Positions 10,070 through 23,416 of a stretch of 64,000 bases of DNA are shown piece by piece; the first letter of the stretch is position 1, and every line of letters starts with the position of its first letter. This DNA is from Paramecium tetraurelia (Eukaryota). A program made the translations under genes and the position numbers. The notes beneath the pieces are model-generated. The model had not been told where the DNA came from. It did not search any database and saw only the letters and a program-made list of their open reading frames with translations. The stretch lies in assembly GCA_000165425.1 (NCBI GenBank), contig CT868207.1:558001-622000 (forward strand). Direction: 5' to 3'.

Positions 10070-13000
10070 TCAACCAAAGAAATCATCAACTAATTCGTCC
10101 TTTTCTTCTTCTTATTGCTTTAATTTTTGGGTAGCTTTCCTTTCCAAATAAGTCTATTTTCTCTCTTCCTTCTCTTTTAATCTTTACTCTTCTTCCTACC
10201 TTTTTCTCTCTTCCTCCAATCTCTTTTTTTCTTCAATTGGATCTTAAACATTATTTGCTTCTTGAACATTACTTGAAACACTTATGATATCCTAATCTTT
10301 CGGTTGTTTCTCAGGAACTATTTGTGCAATCCCCACATCTGGAGGATTCTCATAACCTTCAGGCACTATTTATGCATTGTTTTAGCCATCTTCAGGAGGT
10401 ATGTAACCCATAGGCACGATTTGATTGTTTTTGAATTTTGGCTCTTCTTCAAATTCGAAATCATCCAACAAATAATTAGGGGATTTGACCTTAACAAATA
10501 TTAGCACAATATTCCAAAGTGTATAATTGATGATTGTAATAAGGATTGCCATCATCATATACCACCCATCAGATACTTTAATCTATTTAGAATCGTCAAT
10601 GTTTAAATACAATATACCACTAACTAAACACAAAGTATCAAATATGGCCTAAATAGTCTGCCTATATAATAGGATTCTGGAAATAAAAGGATTGAATTTG
10701 TAAAGTGGAAAATAAATGACAATTCTAAGTGCACACAAAACTATAATCTAGATGAACTGAGAAGGTAATAGGAATAGGCAAGCATATATTAGTTTTCTAA
10801 CATATGGAACATATATGAAGAGTCTTCCAAACCTTGTTCTGATTTCATATCCATCATATAAATTGCCAAGATATATGTGCAGCCATTCAAACGTATAAGC
10901 ATCATTATGTCTGAGTATAAATCTGTATGTCAAAACAAAAGCAACGATAGATAAAACAATGAATATAGCAGCAAGAACCAAATTGATGATGTCAAAGGTA
11001 GTAGAGTAATTCTGAAAGGTCTAAATACAGGAGACCATTAAATCAAGAAACATCATTTCATACATTCTAACAAATGCTTAGAATTTCATATATTCATCAA
11101 TATCTTCTAGTCTATTTAGAATGGGTTCCCAATGAATTAGTTTAATTAGTATTTTAACACCAATCCAAAGTACTAAGGCATAAATGATAAAGCTTATGTA
11201 TCTTCCACCAGCATTCAATAAGAATTGTGAAGGGTAGTCTTCAATTTAAAATTTAATTGTGTTTTATTTTGGCACATCAATCATTAGGAGGAATAAATTA
11301 GGAATGAATGAAAAATTACAATAGTTTAACACATCAAATACTTTATCAATATGTAAAGAATATCTCAATTTTATTAATCTCAATAAAGAAATCAATTATA
11401 ATGATTCTATTATTTGCCACACTTAACCATTTCCAATCTTATAAGAATAACTAAAGGCTGATATCAAACTTAGGATAAGAAATGATAAGGTAATATAACT
11501 GAGAGTGTCACTGAAGTAGACTTCATCATCAGTATAATAAATGAAATAATTGAGTTCAGTTTTGATCAATCCGTATTTGGCTATCTTACTATTTGAATCA
11601 TTAGCCTAGCCAACAAGTGACCAACCAAATTTATCTTCAATATTGTTGGGTTGAGTAAAGTTGAGAGATGCATATATGTGTTAGACAGTGTCATAATAAG
11701 TAAAGGTAATTTCAATGATATACAGGTCTAATTATTTGATTTCATACTAGTAATCAGGCAGATCAGGAATGTTGATTAATAGTAATTCAGTGTAATTGTA
11801 CATTTAAGATAAAGGTCGATTGAATTCTAAATAGAGTTTATCAAAGTGGATTTCATCTATGTATGCTGACACTTCAACAGGCTTTAATTCATAACAAATA
11901 TCAGGACCTTCATTTTGTTCTAAAATGCAATTGTATCCACTTTTAATCTTACAATTGACACATCCACCTGAGAGATCAGCATCATCGCATTGTTCTGAGA
12001 GTGCATGCAAACCATCTCCACAATCTGGATCTATTTTAATACATTCTTATCCGTCAGGTTGATATCCAATTTCACACTCAAGACAATCGTCAACGTCACA
12101 TTTAATACAATTCTTATCAAAATTACAAGAAACACATGAACCATCTTCTATTCTGTATCCATCATCACATTCATCACAGACAACTTCATTTTGACAGATA
12201 TTGCATGGAGCATAACATTTGATACAACTATTGCCCAATACACCATTTTATTATTCAAAATATCCATCTGTGCATTGTTGGATGCATTATTCCTTAAATA
12301 AATAAGTACTCATGCTGCATTGAGTACAAACATTAGCATAACATTCTAGGCAATTTTCAGGACAGGCTAAACAAATATCATTATAATAATAGCTCTAGGG
12401 ACATTAGGAATAACACTCATAATTATAAAGAGCATATCCATTAAAACAATATAAACATTGTTGACCATCAGAAGTGCAAGAATCACAATTGTCTGGACAT
12501 TTATTGCATTTATCAACAGTACCTCCTTCAATCAGATTACAACTGTAACCAGGATCAGGAATACAATTAGTACAGCCATCCATATCAATTTAATTACCAT
12601 CATCACAAAATTCATTTGATTCTCTGATTGAATTACCACATTTTGTTTCTATCTTACAAATTCTGCTGCATCCATCTCCATCCTTTAGATTTCCATCATC
12701 ACATTCTTCCTTGTCCTTTTTAATCCCATCTCCACATGTTGGTTAGCATATGCTCAAAGAGTACCTGTACAATCCTTAGACACAAGTAAAGCCAGGCTCA
12801 ATTAAACATGTCTCAGAACAACCATCACCAACTTCAAGATTTCCATCTTCACATTACTCACTTAAACTCTTATAGGAATCTCCACATGTAACTGTAAGAG
12901 AATCACATTAGGTCAATGTTTGATCACATTTGTATCCATAATCAATCAAACAATAAGAACATCCATCACCCAATAAAGAATTATTATCATCACATTATTC

Positions 13001-15156
13001 TAGATCATCAATCAAACCATTTCCACATAGACTTATACATACATTATTTGTACACTAATATCCAAGTTGAATTCTACAATATCCGCATCCATCATTATTA
13101 TTTGAGTTGTTGTCATCACACTATTCAGTCTAATCTAGGATCCCATTTGAACACTACTTTGAACATGTATCCTTATTCGTTGATGATCCTCCATTACATT
13201 GATATCCAAAATCTACTTTGCATTATGAACAACCATCATTGCTGACAGAATTATTATCATCACAATCCTCATTTACTCTCTTTCCATCTCCACAGAGTAA
13301 TTTACATGTAGTGCCAGAGCAATAATATCCAGCTTCTAATTAACAATTGATGCAACCATTAATAAACAATTAACCAATATCACATTATTCACCAGTATCC
13401 AAAACAGAATTACCACATTTCGATTGACAATGACTAGGAGCTCCACTGCAAGAATAGTTAGTATCAATATTGCAATTTGTGCATCCATCATCATTTATAA
13501 AATTACCATCATCGCATTATTCAGCTCCTTATAAAACACCATCGCCACATTAGGTACATTTTTTTGATACAGGATCTGCCAAATATCCAACATTGCAATT
13601 TGATGCCAACACGCAATTTGAGGTTTACAAGTAGTATCCATTGTTACAACTTGTACAAACAGCAGCACTTGAACACTCCTTACATTGATAAATACAAGAT
13701 CTACAAAGTGGCAATATAGCTGATGGATATCCAGTAGGACCAGCAACACAACTAGCAACACAGGAACCACTCTATAAGAAATTAGAACATTTATAACATT
13801 GCTATTGAGTATAAGAATTGATAGAATGCAGACAGTTAGTCTTGCATTTAACCGTACTAGCACTATAATAATTTACATAGCCAGATCTAATATCTAAGTG
13901 AGCCAATCTCATGGTTCCAGATGTAAAAGCATTCTTTAAATCTCCAACAAATATAACATCATTAGCACTCTCATCAAACTTAATGGCAAGTGAAGACTGA
14001 GTGTGGGTCTAAATGGCTCCATTGACATAAGCACTGAAATAGATTTTACTAATTCCAAGATTAGCATCAACATATGCTGAAGCAATCGAAATGTAAGTCC
14101 AAGTGGAGCCAGTGACAGTAGGAGTGAGAGATATTGGTGATTTGACTGATCCGTAATTCAACTTGATTGTATAGGGAGCAGTGGCTGTCGACAAAATCTG
14201 AAATTAATCTTGAGAACCTCCATAGACTCTTCTGATGATGATGGCTTCTTTGGTTGTATCACCTACTGGTTCCACAAAGGCATCGGTGTTCACAACTATA
14301 TTAGACCAATACCAGAAGCTAATAGATTAGTGAGTGCTACTAAGAAGGGCACTGGGAAGAGTGACATATTGGGATGAAGAGAGCTGAATGTATTAGCCAG
14401 GGGTTGGGTCGCCAATGTCAACTCCTCTTGTCGATCCTAGATAACCGTTATTTTGGGATCCTTTTACTTTTTGCCCAATTTAGTCTTCAAATGTGAAGTG
14501 ATAGATGTTTTCGATGGAATTTCCAAGGAATGCTAAATTGATCCAATTGTAATTATTGTCATTTTCATAATAACCATCATAAAATAGTACATTATTGGCT
14601 CGCTAATTTTAAGATCAATATACCCCACAAAAAATAGTATTTGTATTGAAATACATGAGATTCAATTTGGCATCACTGGTTATTGGTGTATTAAAATTAA
14701 CCCCCACTGATGTCGGAGCCTGGGTTATTCTTATGTCGTTCATTGGTAACCATACGTAAAAGTTGACGTAGCCAGTGCTGTAACTAAGTGTGGCTACTGC
14801 GAGAAACCATCTCTTCACTGTGTAGACAAAAGGCTTAGACACAGTTTGAGTTTCGTAGAGGAAGTCGACGATTTCATCATGCACAACCATTCCGATTCTC
14901 ATTCCATTCTATTAAACACTGAATAATCCTTGCTTATCAGTCCCTTTATTATCCAATTGGAACCAGCCACTACGATCCTATCTCATACATACCTGACTGT
15001 AAATTCATTGCCACTCGAGATGGTTAAAGGGTAAGAGTAGGTATCAACCGAGTTGTCTGGTGAGCAGACTCCGATTATAGTGCTAGTAATAAATGACTAG
15101 GGAGCTGAACATGGTTAAGTTCGTGTGAGTACAAGTAATAAAAAAAGAGTTATCAT
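10070..15156 (-). CDS. Large surface membrane protein: signal peptide, LamG/ConA-like domains, myxococcal-type Cys-rich and furin-like repeats, multi-pass TM domain, charged tail
   Basis: MITLFLLLVL signal; FTVSGWF and SISFWY LamG-like strands; about 9 CG(D/N)G...E.CDD.N...DGC..C repeats (about 12000-13560); C..C..C furin-like repeats; several hydrophobic helices at about 10490-11510; TGA at 10070-10072. Confidence 0.85.
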
Positions 15157-15299
15157 TAATATTTATTATTATATATTTGTTTGTCCCACCTCTACAATTT
15201 ATAATTCTTTAAATTCAGTAATATTCATCATGCTCATCCTCGATTTATTCGAGATATTTCCCCATTATCATTCTGCTTCGGAATCAATATAATTTATAA

Positions 15300-15939
15300 A
15301 TGCAAGATAAAGTTAAAATTCTCATGCTCGGTGAAAGAAGTGTCGGAAAATCCTCTCTCTTAAATCGCTATATCGATGACAAGTTTTACGACACCATTCA
15401 AGCCACTCTCGGAGTCGAATACAAATAAAAAGTGATTACTAATGGCGAATCGTAACTTACTGTTTAAGTATGGGATACTGCAGGTCATCATATAGCTTTT
15501 CATTTCTAGGCTAAGAGAGATTCAGATACATCGCTCCTATTTATTATCGAAATGCTCAAGGGGTTCCCATGGTCTATAGCGTCGTCGATCGAGATTCGTT
15601 CAATCAAGTGCAAACCTGGATGGACTATCTCAAGGATCAGGTCGATAATCAACTGATATCCATTATTCTGGTTGCCAATAAATGTGATCTTGAAAACAGA
15701 CATGTCTCCACATCTGAAGGTTAAGAATTGGCATAACTCGTAATTATTTATTCTAGAAATAGTACTCAGTCAGATATTTTGAATGCTCAGCCAAAACAGG
15801 AGCCCAAGTCAAAGAAATGTATTCAGAATTAATTTAATAAATTCTCTCTAAAAGAATACAAAATAATGAAGAATCCCAAAGACTCAGAAATTTCCCTCAA
15901 GATTAAGTAGATAATACATAACCATAAAAGTGCTGTTGA
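15300..15939 (+). CDS. Rab family small GTPase (divergent)
   Basis: GERSVGKS, ATLGVEY, WDTAGQERF, YYRNAQG, NKCD, ECSAKTG, C-terminal CC; two introns. Confidence 0.95.
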
Positions 15940-15950
15940 ATAAAATCTAA

Positions 15951-17579
15951 TCATTATCCCATTGATGAATTCATCTTTCGAAATCCATCAGATTGCATCC
16001 GCTTTCTCTTCTCATAATCCAACATAAACAATTTCCTCTTCTCCTCTGCTTCCTTCCTTATTTAGTCTGCCAATTTGCCAACCTGCTCCCTATCCTTTTT
16101 CATCTATTAACACTTCTCCTCCTCCTTTGTCATCTTCTGCTCCAATTTCACTCTCCTATATCCATTCAACTATTCCATTCTCCTAAGATTATCCTCAGTA
16201 TCAATCTCCTTTATTATTTATTACGTAGTTCTAGTCTTATTCTATATACTTCTACCTGTACTTATTCTCCAAATCCTTCTTGCTATTCAAACTGCCCAAC
16301 TTCTCTTGAGTTCTATTCAGTTTTTATTGCAACTCATTCCTCTATTGCTCTTGCATGAATTCATTATTAAATAATATTAGCTTTATCTTCTTTTCCTTCT
16401 CCTCATACTTTCTGATCTTTTCTTCCATCTATTACCTTTAAAACTCATCCATCAACTCCTTCTTTTTGAAATATTCCTATTACTTAATCTCATATTTTTT
16501 TCTCTTCTCCTCCTCTTTAGTGAAATTCAATTACTTAAAATTATACTATTTTTTACCATAATCTTATTTATTTGCTATTACTTATCAACATTTTATTTTT
16601 ACTTCTGTTACTTCACATAATCTAAGAACTATTCAAAGTCCTTTCTTTTCGCTTCTACCTAAGCCTCCCTTTTTAAGTAATCCAGTCTCTTTCTTTCCAT
16701 TATTTCTTCATTATATTTTCTGACTTTCTCCAATTTTTACTCGAATTCCTTTCTCTCCATATCTGCAAATTTCTTCCTCTCTTCATTCTTGAATTCAATT
16801 AATTACAATCTCTTTCTCTCCTTATCTTCTATTTGCAATTTCTTTTATTCCTATAATTTCTATTATTCAAACTAAAATTGTTCCTACTCCCTTAAAATTG
16901 AATCCTACTTCTGTTTTCTATCCTTCTCTTTGAATTCTGCCTCCAATTTTGTTCTTAATAAATTTTCAATTTCTCTTTATTTTCTTTTTTGCTCCTTAAC
17001 TTCATTTTCCTTTAGCTTTTAGTCTTATATCTACTTCTCTTTTTATTCTTTTTTCAGCTTTTCCATTTCCAATTACTATTTTTTCATTTCATTATACTCT
17101 CTCTTCCTTTTTAATTCTTCTTAAAACTGTTACTCTTTTTATTGCTATTTAAGCAATTTAAATTGCATATCTTTTTCTTGCTATTCTTTGAGTTATTCTT
17201 ACTCAATCATTTTATCTATTTCTATCTGTTGTCTTCTCTTAATATTTTCTAATAATTTTGATTATTTTTCTGCATAACTTATTGAACTAAAATTTAATTA
17301 GGATTAATTATGCGTGCTTTTACTTCTTGTTCCATTTTCTTAAAGTATTTTCTATCTCTATGCTCTTACCAAATCGATCTTTTGTTTCCTTTTATCCTCC
17401 AAATGTTTTTCAATTTCACATATAAATTCATCAGTAAGTGATGCATCTTTTGATTTTACCATTTATGTAACTTGAGCCTTAGACTTTTTAATTAATTCGT
17501 TCTCATGAATTCCTTCTCTTCTACATGCCTCCAAAAACCTTGGAGTTAATATATCTGGAGTAATATCATATGTATGCAT
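15951..17579 (-). CDS. E/K/Q/R-rich coiled-coil protein
   Basis: Begins MHTYDITPDILTPRFLEACRREGIHENEL (a common protist SPRSLEAC..G.....L pattern), followed by a long charged helical region; TGA at 15951-15953. Confidence 0.8.
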
Positions 17580-17763
17580 TATTTTTTTATTGTTATATTA
17601 ATTTAAATTATTGTTATTTGATTTATTTTGGAATTCAAAATAATCTCAACACTTGCTATATTCCAAATTATATTTTAAATATTCAAAAAGAACTTAATAA
17701 AGGATAAAAATTCATTCATTATTAATTTCCATCACCACAATTTTAAATACTTAAAAATCAAAT

Positions 17764-18426
17764 TCATAAATAAGGAAATTATTTCATAAAAATCATGCTT
17801 TTATGGTGAACATTTTTTTGTTTCGAATTATGTGATTAAATTATTGGAGATAAAGATCTTGTGTTTTTATTGTTAATGTTGATCTGTGAAAGTTTGAACG
17901 TCACTGAATGTTTACCACTTCTATTCGAAAGATTGCTGAAGGAGGATGGACTTGGTGTACGTTATTTTAGAATGCCTTTCAATTCCACCTTCTTCTGAAC
18001 TAGCTTTTTAAATTATTTTTTTTTTTTCTGTTAAGACCTCCTCTCCTATTTTTTTTCCTACATGAAAGCCTAATTTAGAGGATCCTCCTAACTTGTGTTT
18101 AAATTAATCTGATATTGAAATTGAATTTAGGCATCCCCAAAGAAATTTAATGACGGACATTACATGTCGTTCTGTTCCTCATCCTGTATTCTTTCTAATT
18201 ATTATTTACTGGAACAGTGATTTGTAATGTTATCGTTTGTGAAATCAAAAATAAATTCACTTTTAAAAAAGTCCTCTTCAAAAGTATCTAAATTTTATTA
18301 AATATTCTAAATTGATTAGTGCAAAATTTGTTTGCTAGGATACTTCAGATCAGGATACACATTTATGCGAATCACTTTTTCCTTTTAATTTATGGTCTGA
18401 TTTTATTACAAACAATTATTGCCCAT
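17764..18426 (-). CDS. Small putative N-myristoylated protein with SILK- and RVxF-like PP1 docking motifs
   Basis: Intronless code-6 ORF starting MGNNC; contains KGILK and, 18 residues later, HSVTF. Confidence 0.7.
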
Positions 18427-18688
18427 AAAATTAATCAAAGATAAAAAAAAATTAAAGAACTTTCACTATATAATCATTAAGAATTTATAAAAATTCTTAA
18501 CAAAATTTTGTTTTGAGATATAAATTACAATCAAATAAATTAAAATTACCTAATGCCTTTTTGCTTTTTCTTTAATTAAAAAATGCGACATAATAATAAA
18601 CAAACGAAAGTAATATTAGCACATTCTTTGGAATACTAAAATTATACTGCCAATAAGTTATAGTATTATAATAATTATTATATATAAA

Positions 18689-19173
18689 TCAATCATCGAT
18701 TAATAACTTAATCATTTTGTTATAAGTTAGTTTTTCATTATCATTAACTACTTATTGAGCTAATTCGTAAGAATTCTTGAAACAACTAGGATTCAACACT
18801 GTTATTGTTTTTTAAATGTCTTCTGTACCAATTAGACCATCTCTGTCCTAATCCATTATTTTCGTCAATAATGTATTTTTGTCCCCGAATTAGATGGCAT
18901 TTAGCAATCTCACTAATGATATGAAATCAATTTCTTGTTATTTCCTTCCTATCAACTACTAAATCAACAATGGACTATATTTGTGATGTTGAATGATTTT
19001 AATGAAATCTGTTGCACTAACAAATCCTTTGTTGTTGGTATCAAGCTATTAGAATTTCTTATGTATTCTTCTTATTTGAGCTGGAGTGACTTTTATAATA
19101 AAATAAGGCATTTACATTGTGTTTCATTCTTGTATAAAAGAATCTATTGATCCGTTAATTAAGTGTTTCCCAT
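18689..19173 (-). CDS. Calcineurin B/CHP-like myristoylated EF-hand protein
   Basis: MGNTQL...ETQFTPAQIRRIHKKFQQLDTNNKGFVSATDF; second loop MDQDRDGLIGTEDI; one intron. Confidence 0.8.
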
Positions 19174-19322
19174 TTTTTAATATTAAATTACTTTAATTAT
19201 TATATTATTTCCAAACTCCCGCATATTTTTACCATGAGATTTATGTTTTTATTAGAATTGGAGCTATTCAATACGGATTAAAAAGAAACTTAAATCATTT
19301 ATATAATAATGAAGAATTTCAC

Positions 19323-22300
19323 TCAATTGAATCTAATTATTTATATTGCTATTGAATTTATAGAATTTCCTAAGGCAGCAATTCAGAAAGACACTATTTA
19401 GTCTAATATCTTGAAATATGTTGAAATTTTACTTAAGATAGACTCTCAAAGATTATTCATTAAGAAGTTTATAACTCACCCATAATACATCTAAAATAAG
19501 AATAAGTGCTTACGTTAAATTTCTTTTTTATCATTATTAATCAAATTGTCCAACTCCTCAAATGTATGCTTGACTTTTGAATATTATTTAGCTTCTAAAA
19601 ACCTAAGCTTTATTGAGTTTTTTTCATTTTTCCAATGATCTTTTATCTTCTCACATCCTTCCCCATATTTTATGACTGAATCTTTTGGAAATATGGCTAA
19701 TTCAATTGCCATCTCAGTAAATCTAGGCAAGGTTAGATACTTGTCCCCTTAATCATCAGCAAAGTCTGCATTTTTTAAAAACATCTATAATAAGTTTTGC
19801 CCCTCTTCTTATTAAGTGTGGATTGCTCTATAAAGGGTTTTAAACTACGATTTACTAGATATTGTTTACTTCCTAATACTCAATGAGTTTATTCCCATCT
19901 AGATCGGCAGCTTTAAATAATTTTTCCAATATATTTTAATAGTCCTTTTTATTAAAGATATAGAAATCTAAGATCTTCATTATAAATTAATCATAATTAA
20001 TGCAATATTTGTTGATTCCAAATTGCTAACTTTAGACCTTATACTGATTTTGTAACTGCTAGATTTAATTTGCTTATAACCAGAGTTAAGATTTATCATT
20101 TAAAAATTCATTTGCTGATTCATATGTTATTAAAAATTCATTTTTACTGGATTCTATCTTATTATTAAAAAACACAAAAGTTTCTATTAAAAGTTTTTGA
20201 GCAACTTCATCAATTTCATCTTTAAAATTACAATATTTTGAAATTAACAAAACTTTTGTATTTTTTTCTTTCTCAATTATGATAAATTCATAAATCTTCA
20301 TAATAGTTAATTAATTACTTATTTTATTTTTTTTTCAGCCACTTATTTAAATCCATATTTATTTTTTATAAAATCATAAATACATACATGAACTGGGATT
20401 TTATATCCTTCACTCTATTTAGAAACTTCAGATAGTATTTAATTAATTATTTTGTTGAATTAAAGAAACGATAAAGTCTTATTTATATTTTTACTATTCA
20501 TAACATGTTTAAGTAAATTATTAGCTACATCAGTATTTTAACTATAAACTCTTCTAAATCTTTTTGGTTGTTTAGTTTCCTAAAGTAGATTAAAATTGAT
20601 AGTTTTATGAGCAGAGGAATCTATATATTATTGATTTCATATTACATTTAGTTAATTATTTATCTTTATATTGTGATATGACATCTTTAATTCTCTAAGC
20701 GCAATTTTTATCTTAATCTAATTCCATTTTCTCTGATTCGATTTAGCTTCTTTGACTTTGTTTCATTTGAGAAACTTCATCTTTTTCTGTTATGGTATTA
20801 TTACTGATGCTATGTTTTGAATTTCTGTTTTCAAACTTAATGTCTAATTAATTCTTACTATTTCTAGTATGATATTGTTATTGATTAATAAATTTTTGAT
20901 CTCCTTACTATTATTAATGTTGTTAAATAGACTTTATTTTTTGATTATTTATTTAAGTTTTGTTTACAGTAGAGGATTTCAATGTCTTGTTTTCTTCTGA
21001 TAATTGATTCTTTTAATTAAAATTAATCAGATAATCTGACTTTGAATTTTCAGATTATATTTATTCTTTAGTATCTTTGTAAATCTCTTCATTTTTAATA
21101 TTCACATATTCTGATTATTTTTTACGATGTCCCTTATTCTTATGATCTTATACTTCTTCTTTTGAATTAATTTAATTATTAGAACTATTCTCAAATTATT
21201 CCAGTTTGTCATTTAAATTAGTATCTGATATAGCTTTCTTAAAGTCTTAAATTGGTCGTTTTTAAAGTTGAATCGAATCTATCATATGAACTGAACTTTT
21301 GATAGATTCCTCATCATAAATTTATAGAGATTTGTCATCATTCTAGTTTTAAGATTCTTTGCCAAGACTGAAAGCATTCTCATCTCCATCTACTTCATTA
21401 ATTAAATTCATAAGATGGCTTTCCTCCTCCTCTATTGGTTTCACATCATTAATTACTATCTCATACTTGCTTTCTATTTCTTTTAAAGTCCCAACCAATT
21501 AAGTATTTTTTGAAACCAAATTACGTAATTTCCTTTTGCTATTTTAGATTATTGAAATAAAATCTTATACAGTTTATTATAGTTTAATCTCCAACTCTTA
21601 ACATAGTTCCTCTTTTTCCAATAATTCCATCTTTTTCCTTGAATCCATCTTTTTCATAGAAATCAATCTCTATGATAATGATTTATTTTATTCACATACA
21701 TCCTTAGTTTCACTTAAAGTTTTGTAAAATAATTATTTTTAATTCTCATCTAATTTTTATTCCTCCAGCAGTTTAAAAACCTTGGTTATTCTTAATTCTA
21801 AATCGTCTTATTGAGGTTTTCTATTCTCATCAATTGAAATATTTGAGTCATTTTGTAAATCTTTTTCTTTTTTTTTTGTGTTATCTTAGGAATCCAAAAC
21901 TAGATCTTCAGTCTGAATAGCCTTATCATCTGTGCCACTTATTTACACTATTTTGCTTTGGGAGGGCTGATAATCTTTATCGAAATCTAAGTATTTAAGT
22001 GATATGATCTATGATTTCAATTAATTTTCTTATAGCCTAAGTTACTCCCATCTATCAAAGATCATGCTATTTTTCTTGGGTGATCTGCCAGGAGATTAGC
22101 TTCCTTTAGATTTAAAGGGAGATTTGATTCTATACTTTTGATTAGTGTCTATTTTAGCTTAAAAATTCATTAAATGCGAAACTATGGATTGGCCCTATTG
22201 AACTTAGATATTTATTTTCTCGCTTTCTTTTTTGGTCTCAGCCTATTCAGTTTTCAACATAAGAATTTATAATTGCAAATCATCTATTTGTTTTCTGTGT

Positions 22301-23328
22301 GAATCAATAATTTCAAGTGCTTCTCTGTATTCCGAAGTTAATTCCAATATCTACTCTTTTTGCTATTAATCAATATCTAAAGCCCTATCATAATCGAATT
22401 ATAGTTATTTGATTTGGTTCTTGCTTTCATTATAAATGAGTTCCTAAAATTAAAGTTGTTCATTGTAATAATTTTGTTACTCAGTCACTTTATTTTTCAT
22501 TTCTTATTCAAAACCTTGCATTTATTAATTTGAACTTTTAATAACTTAATCAATCAATTGGATGTAGAAGTCCCATATAATTTAGAGTAATTCACCTCTT
22601 TCTACACATTCAATTTTAACTTAACTAGAGTATAGGTCATGTTTACTTAATGATTTCTTTCAAACATGTAGTATAAATTAGTTGGATTTCCTCAGCAATC
22701 TAAACTGCACTCAAGTTTTTGCTATTGTCTTTTGTTCTTTAAATCATGAGGAACAGCCATTCCTTCAAATCTAAGGCTTGTTGTCTGTTGGGAGGGATGG
22801 CTGATTGATTTGAGGATTGCTTGATTTCATGTTTTAGAATATCATAGAAGTATTTTTACAACCCATTCTCCATGAAATTCTTATCCTTTAACAAGTCTTC
22901 AAAGTCTAACCATTAGCTCTTGATAGTAGTTTTATCAATTTTATTATTGAACTGTAATTTGTTTTATGATTTTCTATACATCGTACTATAGAAGCTGTGT
23001 AAAGATTTATCGTATTTCTATAGTTATTAAATATTGTTAATACTGTTTAGGAGAGTTCTGGATCTTTGTAGATTATGCTTTCAATTGATTGAATTTTTTT
23101 ATGTTTTGTTTTGAGATAGGAAACATCAGAGTTCGATGAAAAGTTTTTATTGGTGAAATCGGTTTTCATTCGGTGCGATGACATTTCTGCTCTAATTGAG
23201 AGAGGAATACTGGAATTAATGCTCTGATCCCAATCTGTCTTTATTAAAAGTTTTGCCTATTTTAATTCAAAATTCCTTACTGTTGATTAGGCTTTTTGGA
23301 TTTTAGGAAAGCAATTTGTTTTATTCAT
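19323..23328 (-). CDS. Axonemal dynein light chain (p28-type) domain protein with coiled coil and C-terminal EF-hand (AXDND1-like)
   Basis: PPNRQQALDLKEWL, IYTTCLKEIINQVKIECVERGELLQIIW; later KYGFKQVAEKKI and ADLDGNKLIEYQEF. The ORF-track entry at 20086-20301 is an internal exon. Confidence 0.7.
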
Positions 23329-23416
23329 AATAAAATAATAATTATATTATAACCTGTCTAGTAATTTTTATTACAGACTAATTTAACTTTATTCATATAA
23401 TATTAATATTAAAGAA

